IMG/VR virus record: IMGVR_UViG_3300035696_001556
Location: 109,495-173,494 of that record
Strand: one strand, 5' to 3'
DNA length: 64,000 bases
Origin: a virus
Below the pieces are notes generated by a model. That model did not search any database and was not told the origin of the DNA. It was given only the letters and a program-made list of their open reading frames with translations. Below are positions 51,667 through 57,833 of the stretch, in pieces; position 1 is the first letter of the stretch; each line of letters starts with the position of its first letter. The translations under genes and the position numbers were made by a program.

Positions 51667-51951
51667 ATGAATAAAGGATGGATTTGTCCGAAATGCGGTT
51701 CTGTTTATGCTCCGTGGGTAGAGAAGTGTGAAAAATGTTGTGGTGCATACAAGAGTTGGCCAGCTTATCCTGTTCCTGTAGATCCTGGTAATACTACTCC
51801 TAGTATATTCCCTCAGCCAGGAAATGTTCCTTGGCCTGGATATCCTCATCCGTATGTGGGAGATCCATTACCTGGTCAGATTCCATCGTCGATTATTTAT
51901 GGACCACCACCGTCGACTACTTATGGTCCAATATCCATGTGTAGGAATTAA
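51667..51951 (+). CDS. small zinc-ribbon, proline-rich phage protein
   Basis: GWICPKCGSVYAPWVEKC; RBS AAGGAG. Confidence 0.7.
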   Translation: MNKGWICPKCGSVYAPWVEKCEKCCGAYKSWPAYPVPVDPGNTTPSIFPQPGNVPWPGYPHPYVGDPLPGQIPSSIIYGPPPSTTYGPISMCRN

Positions 51952-51975
51952 AAATATTCTGATTAATAAAAAAAC

Positions 51976-52004
51976 TTGACATTTTTCTTAAATCAGTGTA
52001 TATT
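51976..52004 (+). promoter_or_regulatory. sigma70-type promoter TTGACA-17-TATATT driving the ncRNA array
   Basis: Consensus -35 at 51976-51981 and -10 at 51999-52004; A-rich upstream element. Confidence 0.85.
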
Positions 52005-52057
52005 TAGTTTCAGCAGAAGAGGCAATCTCGTTTAACTAGGTCAGTCGCCCGTTCTTT

Positions 52058-52281
52058 GAAATAGTCGGTTTGCTCACATCGTGTGGCTTACATTATTATA
52101 GCAAGTAATAACACGATACTCAGTGCTCCCTGCAAATAGCAGGGGTGCAAGAGTGTCACACGCATGGAAGCCTACCGCCGTTTTATAGTGTCAACCCTAA
52201 AGTTGAAGTTATAAAATTTTAGAGCCTAAGGCGGCAAGGTTTTCATGCAAAGCAGCACAACTCGAGCAGGCCGATTGTTTC
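52058..52281 (+). ncRNA. Y-RNA-like unit 1 (multi-hairpin, non-tRNA cargo)
   Basis: 18-bp closing stem 52058-52075/52264-52281; scaffold motifs present; three internal hairpin domains. Confidence 0.8.
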
Positions 52282-52326
52282 TTTAAAACCGGAATACTGT
52301 ACCTCGTTTCAATAAGAATGATCTTT

Positions 52327-52457
52327 GAAATAGTCGGATTACTCGCATCGTCAGGCTTACATTCTATCACAGGGACAGAACGATGCTTCTACACCTGGCC
52401 GTGGGCTGGGTAAGTAGAGGCATCAAAGCATGACAACTTGAGTAGTCTGATTGTTTC
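52327..52457 (+). ncRNA. Y-RNA-like unit 2 (long-hairpin cargo)
   Basis: 18-bp closing stem 52327-52344/52440-52457; cargo GATGCTTCTAC-ACCTGGCC..GGCTGGGT-GTAGAGGCATC. Confidence 0.8.
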
Positions 52458-52523
52458 TTTAAAATAGAAATGCACCCCATCGTTCCCTGCGGGATGGTGG
52501 TAAGAAATTTGATCTTTGAAATC

Positions 52524-52674
52524 TGAGTCTTTGCTCGTACTGTTGAGGCATACATAGCTTTTTCAGCTCGTTTGGTCGAGCAATTTCCATATATTTCCAT
52601 ATAAGGAATAGGTAGCTGGTTCAAATCCGGCAGAAAGCACCAAAAATTGCATTGACGACTTGGGCAAAGACTCA
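52524..52674 (+). ncRNA. Y-RNA-like unit 3 carrying a linear tRNA-like domain (52557-52642) ending in ACCA
   Basis: 13-bp closing stem; acceptor GCTTTTT/AGAAAGC, D arm GCTC..GAGC, T arm GCTGG-TTCAAAT-CCGGC; 10-nt duplication in the anticodon arm. Confidence 0.85.
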
Positions 52675-52703
52675 CTTTTTAAAATAAATTCTTTGAAATA
52701 ACG

Positions 52704-52843
52704 TTTGGATTTTACGACCACTGTAGAGGCGTACATTGTGATTAGCTCAATTGGTAGAGCAATCGCTATTAAGCGATGGGTTCCGGAGTTCAAATCTCCG
52801 GACACATAAAATGACCGCATCAACGACTTTCGTAAAGTCCAAA
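52704..52843 (+). ncRNA. Y-RNA-like unit 4 carrying a degenerate linear tRNA-like domain (about 52736-52807)
   Basis: 14-bp closing stem; TAGCTCAATTGGTAGAGC D arm, ATCGC/GCGAT arm with 6-nt loop, CGGAG-TTCAAAT-CTCCG T arm; weak acceptor, no CCA. Confidence 0.85.
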
Positions 52844-52861
52844 TTTTTTAAAATCGATCTT

Positions 52862-53019
52862 TGAAATATTCGTGCTCGTACTGCCAGGGCATACATTTAG
52901 TTCGTTGGTTCAAATCCAACTATCTTCGCCAAACTGAAGATGTAGACCAGTGGTTAGGTCAATAGATCGCAAATCTATCATTAAAAATCTGCAATGACGA
53001 CTTGAGCACGGATGTTTCA
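52862..53019 (+). ncRNA. Y-RNA-like unit 5 carrying a circularly permuted tRNA (52899-52978)
   Basis: 16-bp closing stem; order is T arm, 3' acceptor TATCTTC-G-CCA, AACT linker, 5' acceptor GAAGATG, D arm, anticodon arm (GCA). Confidence 0.85.
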
Positions 53020-53039
53020 CCTTTACAAATAGTTCTTTG

Positions 53040-53211
53040 ACAGTGAGCAGAATGAGGTCACACTCCCACTATTGGGGCATACATATTTCGAGGTTCGACT
53101 CCTCATCCCCCGATTACCGGGGGAAAGTCCTACGGTAGGACACTTGTATTCGGAACAAGCAAGAAAAAAATTGCATCGATGACTTGAGTGTGATCTCTTT
53201 CGACTCACTGT
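53040..53211 (+). ncRNA. Y-RNA-like unit 6 carrying a circularly permuted tRNA (53090-53159)
   Basis: Interrupted 8+12-bp closing stem; GAGG-TTCGACT-CCTC, TCCCCCG-ATTAC-CGGGGGA, GTCC-TACGGTA-GGAC, CTTGT-ATTCGGA-ACAAG (TCG). Confidence 0.85.
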
Positions 53212-53224
53212 AAAAATAAAAAGG

Positions 53225-53256
53225 ATACCGGGGCAAACGTCTCGGTATTTTTTTTT
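53225..53256 (+). terminator. intrinsic terminator closing the ncRNA array
   Basis: ATACCGGGGC-AAAC-GTCTCGGTAT followed by a run of T. Confidence 0.85.
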
Positions 53257-53268
53257 GTAAAAAGTTCT

Positions 53269-53296
53269 TTAACATCGTTATGTCAAAAAGTATATT
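53269..53296 (+). promoter_or_regulatory. putative promoter TTAACA-16-TATATT for the Ubl / Ro60-like genes
   Basis: Same TATATT -10 as the other promoters in the window; 38 nt upstream of the Ubl ATG. Confidence 0.5.
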
Positions 53297-53334
53297 ATTA
53301 TAGTCGACGATAAACCGTTAACCAGGAGGTAGCC

Positions 53335-53622
53335 ATGAACGCAGTTACGAACCAAACCGTAGTCCACGTCCATTTCGACGGACGTTCCGATGACATCCCT
53401 CTGGATGTCCTTTTTCCTGTGACCCCGCCTGAGCTCTCTGCAGAGTTCGAGCGTAATGCCAGCGGTGTAGCCGCAGCAGGGTCCGCCTTCGTTCGTACAG
53501 TCAAAGAAGGTCTTGCAAATCATTACGACCGTCCGGTCAATGAGTTTGCGGACTACATCGTTGACTTCACCGAGAACCAGAACATCACGGTTCGTCCGAA
53601 GGCCGAGTTCGGTTCGAAGTAG
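53335..53622 (+). CDS. putative ubiquitin-like (beta-grasp) protein with C-terminal Gly-Ser-Lys
   Basis: 95 aa; strand-strand-helix-strand-strand pattern VHVHFDGRSDDI..VKEGLANHY..YIVD..ITVRPKAEFG; RBS AGGAGG; E1 and JAB genes nearby. Confidence 0.6.
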   Translation: MNAVTNQTVVHVHFDGRSDDIPLDVLFPVTPPELSAEFERNASGVAAAGSAFVRTVKEGLANHYDRPVNEFADYIVDFTENQNITVRPKAEFGSK

Positions 53623-53650
53623 AGTGATCGCTCTCTTTGGTCTTTTAACT

Positions 53651-53672
53651 GGGGTACTTACAAGAGTGCCCC
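53651..53672 (+). terminator. intergenic hairpin after the Ubl gene (attenuator or stabiliser)
   Basis: GGGGTACT..AGTGCCCC. Confidence 0.4.
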
Positions 53673-53706
53673 TTCATATCCATATAATATAACAAAGGAT
53701 ACCGCC

Positions 53707-55281
53707 ATGAATCAGCAACAGCGTCAGCCTACCCAGGAAGAAGACATCCGCCTGAAAATGTTAAATAGCTTTATGACTTGTCCCCACAGGGACACGGTAG
53801 AGCTAAACAAACTTCATGCTGAGTTGCAGGAAAAAGATCCTTTGTTCTATGTGCATCTTGCAGCATGGTATCAGAGGCACGGAGATCTCCGTGACCACAA
53901 AGAGATTTTCTCAGCACGTCTTATTACCGACATCTATCTGCCAAACAGAGAGGCCGGTCTTGCCCTCTTCCAGAAGCATCCTTTCTTCCTGAAGTTCAAG
54001 ATTTTCAACTTCATCAAGGGAAAAGATGTTAAGATACGTACGAAGACCGGTAAGAAAATCGTCGTCGAAATTAAAAACAAAAAGAAAACAGTCGACGAGG
54101 TCAAGATCGACAAAAAACATGTCGGACTTGACAAAAATATCCCTTCTTCTTTCTTAACCGAACTGTCACGGTACCTAAACTGGCTGGAAGCGAATCCGGA
54201 GCAGTTTGATACCGTAGCCATGAGGAATGCTTCGGATCTGAAGGCTCTTTATGTTAATCTCAGATTCAAGCATTCGAAGAGGACCAATGATATCCTCTTT
54301 GAGAAAAAGTATCCGAAGAATAGCAAAATGGCTTCTTTCAAAGCGATTATCGAAGCCAAAGATCCCACCAAGCAAGCTGAGATGATCGTAAAGGAGAAGA
54401 TCCCTTTTACGACTGCTATTGGTCTGGTCGAAGACCCGACCCCAGCTGTTTGGGTAGCACTTATCGATGCAATGAGTCCCCAGGAAGCCATTAACCACGT
54501 GGCCACCTTTGAGGAAAAAGGTCTTTTGGATAACGTGGCTACCAAAGACCTTATTATGAAGAAGCTCAAGAAAGCGGAGACGACCAAGACTGTTTCGGCT
54601 CTTAAATCTAAAGCAGCCACAGCTACGGGTCGTATCAAGAACGAAGAAGTCGTAAAACAGATGGATAACATCGCTGACAAGCAAATTAAAAAAGGCGGTG
54701 TTATCAGGGTTTCTACGGCTATCTGTGTCGATAAATCAGGTTCCATGACTAGGGCTATTCAGGTGGGCAAGAATGTCGCGGCTCTGGTTTCTGGAGCTAC
54801 GGAAGCACCGTTGCATGTGTTTGCTTTTGATCAAATGGTTTATCCAATAGTCTCCAGGGAACAAACTCTTACGGGATGGGAAGCGGCTTTCAGGCCTATT
54901 ATCGCCAATGGTAGGACCTGCATGAGTTCTTGTGCGGACTACCTTATCAAAAAGAACATCCTGGTGGAGCAGTTTGTCTTCATTACGGATGAAGGGGAAA
55001 CGGATTCTCCTACTTTTGCCTCCAAGTACCTGGAATACAAAACAAAATTTAATACCTCTCCGCATGTCGTTATTGTTCATGTCGAGGGAGGCGAGAGGTC
55101 GAGCACTTTGTTCTCGGATCGATTAAAGCAAGCAGGGATCGAGTTTGACACCTACACGCCGAAAGAAGCGGACTACTATTCTCTACCGGGGTTGATCCCA
55201 CTTCTCGCTCGGAAGACCAAACTCGATCTTCTTTACGAGATCATGGATACTCCTTTACCGGCAAGAAAAGTGTATGCTTAA
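53707..55281 (+). CDS. Ro60/TROVE-like protein: helical N-terminal domain plus C-terminal vWA domain
   Basis: 524 aa; DPLFYVHLAAWY..DLRD resembles TROVE N-termini; MIDAS DKSGSM..GRTC..FITDEGE; adjacent to Y-RNA-like array. Confidence 0.7.
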   Translation: MNQQQRQPTQEEDIRLKMLNSFMTCPHRDTVELNKLHAELQEKDPLFYVHLAAWYQRHGDLRDHKEIFSARLITDIYLPNREAGLALFQKHPFFLKFKIFNFIKGKDVKIRTKTGKKIVVEIKNKKKTVDEVKIDKKHVGLDKNIPSSFLTELSRYLNWLEANPEQFDTVAMRNASDLKALYVNLRFKHSKRTNDILFEKKYPKNSKMASFKAIIEAKDPTKQAEMIVKEKIPFTTAIGLVEDPTPAVWVALIDAMSPQEAINHVATFEEKGLLDNVATKDLIMKKLKKAETTKTVSALKSKAATATGRIKNEEVVKQMDNIADKQIKKGGVIRVSTAICVDKSGSMTRAIQVGKNVAALVSGATEAPLHVFAFDQMVYPIVSREQTLTGWEAAFRPIIANGRTCMSSCADYLIKKNILVEQFVFITDEGETDSPTFASKYLEYKTKFNTSPHVVIVHVEGGERSSTLFSDRLKQAGIEFDTYTPKEADYYSLPGLIPLLARKTKLDLLYEIMDTPLPARKVYA

Positions 55282-55313
55282 GAAGATAGGCCACTGGTTG
55301 TATGTAACCATAT

Positions 55314-55341
55314 TTGGGGCATCACTGCCCCAATTTGGTTT
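55314..55341 (+). terminator. probable intrinsic terminator
   Basis: TTGGGGCA-TCAC-TGCCCCAA followed by TTTGGTTT. Confidence 0.55.
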
Positions 55342-55437
55342 ATCTATTTGCTTTCTTCTTGGTGTAGGTTATTCGATTTACTGGACGGTTGAAGGTATAT
55401 CCTGGATAACGAGGCACATACATATTTTGATTCAGTG

Positions 55438-55551
55438 AAATTGTGTGAGGTAGTTCCAAATATTAATTTGGCTCTCGCTGATTCCTTTATGATGGGTGGG
55501 ATAAGGCGAGATTTTAAATAGGTACTCAATCCTATCTACCTCACATAATTT
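55438..55551 (+). ncRNA. candidate four-way-junction RNA
   Basis: 16-bp closing stem AAATTGTGTGAGGTAG/CTACCTCACATAATTT enclosing three hairpins, in an intergenic gap. Confidence 0.5.
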
Positions 55552-55566
55552 TTGAAGGGATAGATT

Positions 55567-55767
55567 ATGTGGTGTGCTGTCTGCAACAAAGATCTTGTGA
55601 AATGTGTCTGTCCAGATATAGAAGAGCGACTTACTTCTCTTGCAGGGACTCCTGCTGCTCCCGCTGCTGCAATGAATCTAATGAGGCGAATGGCGACACA
55701 AGACAAAGACAGTAAAGCTGTACCAAAACTACTTCTTAAAAAGACAACTAAAAGAAAAAGGAGATAA
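55567..55767 (+). CDS. small Cys-rich protein
   Basis: CAVC..CVCP; basic tail. Confidence 0.6.
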   Translation: MWCAVCNKDLVKCVCPDIEERLTSLAGTPAAPAAAMNLMRRMATQDKDSKAVPKLLLKKTTKRKRR

Positions 55768-55770
55768 TTT

Positions 55771-56037
55771 ATGGGTTCAGGCACAGTTTATATGTACGGG
55801 ATGTTCCCTGCTAGGTTTAAGAAAAAGAAAGCACAATTACCTCCTGAGCAGAAACCCAAAGATACGCCCATATCTTATGATGACGTGGTCAGCAAACTGC
55901 TCGATCACATAGAGGCCATGTGTGATTCTCCCGATACTCCACCGAAACTAAAGGTAGAGTCTATCCAAAAGATGCTCTCTGATTTTCGAAGAGGAGATTG
56001 GGAAGACTGGCTGATTCCTCCTAAGAAAGAGGAATAA
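55771..56037 (+). CDS. hypothetical protein
   Basis: RBS AGGAG; 88 aa. Confidence 0.65.
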   Translation: MGSGTVYMYGMFPARFKKKKAQLPPEQKPKDTPISYDDVVSKLLDHIEAMCDSPDTPPKLKVESIQKMLSDFRRGDWEDWLIPPKKEE

Positions 56038-56041
56038 TAAA

Positions 56042-56893
56042 ATGAGCGACGATGTCTTAGAAATCATCCGTAAATTAGGTGAAACCGAAAACTCCCTCTC
56101 CAAGAGGGAATTCATTTCTCCGGTATACAAAAACAAATATGTAGTCACTCGAATAGATAAGATAGCCTACACATTCTCAATTCCCGAAAGTAAACCTGGG
56201 TGGTACAGGTTTCGTCCTGTAAATCGCAAAAAAGCGAAAATACTTGGCCCAAGTAGCTTCCAGGATACAGAGATTTATCAGAAATTACTTGAAAAAGTGA
56301 GGATAGTTTTAGTGCAAAGAGATGGGGATGTTTTCTACGGGGTGCCTTTTAAGACTAATCAACAAGGTTTGGACATTAAGATCCTCTATCCTGTCTATTT
56401 GGTTCTGGATGATATGGTACAAGATTTCGATGAGATTATCTGTCGCTACGATGGGGCTAATCTTTGGTATCAAGCCGTTGAAGCCAATAATGACCAAGCC
56501 AAGGTCAACTATCTTCGTGAGAGTTTGAAAGCTGCTGCCCTTCCCAAAAAACTAGCCTACTCGGGTTTACGCTTCGAAGACAAAATGGCTTATGCCATCC
56601 GGTGTGAAATTGATAAGAAAGTCCTGGAAAGAAATAAAGAATATCGTCTCAAGCATGCCGTAGAGCACGCTGGGGGTATCTTTAAATCTTTCACGGAAAA
56701 AGGGGATCATTTTAATGTGTCGTACGAAGTCGATGGAGAAAAATATACTTCCACTATCGCTAAAAACGATGAGCTGAAAGTATTGACTGCTGGGATCTGT
56801 CTGCAGAGTCAAGATCAAAAGTTTGATCTTACAAGTCTTATAAGCGTTATCCGTGAGGGGCAGCACAGGGATCTCATTCACCGTACAAGGTAA
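56042..56893 (+). CDS. putative divergent E2-like conjugating protein
   Basis: C-terminal helix, beta-meander, AGICL, then DLTSLISVI helix recalls the UBC G-x-I-C-L catalytic region; lacks HPN; context of Ubl, E1 and JAB. Confidence 0.45.
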   Translation: MSDDVLEIIRKLGETENSLSKREFISPVYKNKYVVTRIDKIAYTFSIPESKPGWYRFRPVNRKKAKILGPSSFQDTEIYQKLLEKVRIVLVQRDGDVFYGVPFKTNQQGLDIKILYPVYLVLDDMVQDFDEIICRYDGANLWYQAVEANNDQAKVNYLRESLKAAALPKKLAYSGLRFEDKMAYAIRCEIDKKVLERNKEYRLKHAVEHAGGIFKSFTEKGDHFNVSYEVDGEKYTSTIAKNDELKVLTAGICLQSQDQKFDLTSLISVIREGQHRDLIHRTR

Positions 56894-56904
56894 AGGGGTA
56901 CAAT

Positions 56905-57120
56905 ATGAATTGCCCACTAGCTCCGCGCTATGAAAGATTCAATTTTAAGGATTGTGTCACGGGCTATGAGGAGTGCAGAGAAGATAAGTGTAACTTCTAT
57001 AATGTTGCTCGTAAGAGATGCATTTTTGTGACTATGGCGGAAGACATTGAACAGATTAAAGTGTCAAATGCAGCCATAAATACGGATTTAACAACGAAAC
57101 CTCATCCGTCTGTATTGTGA
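56905..57120 (+). CDS. small Cys-rich protein
   Basis: CPL..C..C..C..C pattern. Confidence 0.6.
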   Translation: MNCPLAPRYERFNFKDCVTGYEECREDKCNFYNVARKRCIFVTMAEDIEQIKVSNAAINTDLTTKPHPSVL

Positions 57121-57317
57121 ATGAAGCCATGACTGTGAGCGATCAAATACAAGAAATTAGAACCAAATGCATGCTACAGACCAAATGCAAAAAATGTACC
57201 ATGCGCGGTATTTTTTCTTGTAAGTTTAGAAAGAATTGCAGACCATGGCAGTGGGATCTGAATAAAATTAGAGCGTGGTTACAAGAGCCAAAGGAGTACT
57301 CAGGTGACAAAAAATAA
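57117..57317 (+). CDS. small Cys-rich protein
   Basis: C..CKKC..C..CRPWQW; GTGA start/stop overlap. Confidence 0.55.
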   Translation: MNEAMTVSDQIQEIRTKCMLQTKCKKCTMRGIFSCKFRKNCRPWQWDLNKIRAWLQEPKEYSGDKK

Positions 57318-57759
57318 ACTGAAAAACAAACAGCGTGGTCTTCAGAAACTGTTTGACAGTTTCCCTACCCATATATCGCTTGCCAATCATGATGAAGGGT
57401 GGGCCATTAGACCGAAGGCAATGCAAAAAAGATTTAAAAAAATATGGGGTCAGGAACAAACTCCTAGTCTTTATTTTCCCATTATTATTCAATGGTCCGA
57501 AAAAGGTCGAGGTTTTGGAGAGTATGCTTTTTGGCAGCTTGACGGACAAATATTTTGTAACAATGGGTGTGATTCAAAGGAAACTATAAAAAGGATACTA
57601 TGTCAAATGGTCGATCAGGCTATTTTTATGGATCCTTCGGATGGAGAAAAGGTCAATCCAGAACATCGGAAACTGATAAACCGAGAAAGACTCTTGTTCT
57701 GTGCTGCGATTAAACAAGAACAAGAAAAGTCAGAAAGCAAGAAATCACACAATAACTAA
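57304..57759 (+). CDS. hypothetical phage protein
   Basis: 151 aa; WSEKGRGFGEYAF. Confidence 0.65.
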   Translation: MTKNKLKNKQRGLQKLFDSFPTHISLANHDEGWAIRPKAMQKRFKKIWGQEQTPSLYFPIIIQWSEKGRGFGEYAFWQLDGQIFCNNGCDSKETIKRILCQMVDQAIFMDPSDGEKVNPEHRKLINRERLLFCAAIKQEQEKSESKKSHNN

Positions 57760-57833
57760 AAGAGAAAGAAACTATATTAAAAAACACATGATAAAATATA
57801 ATAAAAATACAAAAGTTATTGGAGTATAAAAAC

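Larger units (their letters stand above)
52053..53211 (+). repeat. array of six related ncRNA units with conserved scaffold and variable cargo
   Basis: TCTTTGAAA/TCTTTGACA at 52053, 52322, 52513, 52690, 52858, 53034; GGCNTACAT at 52085, 52354, 52547, 52728, 52888, 53076; GCA-helix-ACTY in each 3' strand. Confidence 0.92.

Noticed and set aside
52345-52440. SRP RNA domain IV (CAGG..AGCA resemblance in unit 2)
   Set aside because: No GNRA-capped helix follows, and the CAGG is not conserved in the other units
52899-52978. Two-piece (permuted) tmRNA
   Set aside because: It has a true D stem and anticodon arm, lacks the G3-U70 alanine identity pair and has no tag reading frame
52557-53159. Ordinary phage tRNA gene cluster
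   Set aside because: None is a normal tRNA gene: duplicated or 6-nt anticodon loops, missing CCA, or permuted arm order, and all are enclosed in a conserved scaffold
52367-53208. Minus-strand ORFs 52367..52675, 52563..52823 and 53023..53208
   Set aside because: They are antisense to the structured RNA array, have no recognisable motifs and oppose the uniform plus-strand coding
52053-53211. CRISPR array
   Set aside because: Repeats are short, degenerate and bipartite, the period is 168-269 bp, inserts are structured RNAs, and no cas genes are present
53264-53274. Seventh boxA (GTTCTTTAACA) marking another RNA unit
   Set aside because: No scaffold motif follows, it lies after the terminator, and it is equally explained as the -35 of the Ubl promoter
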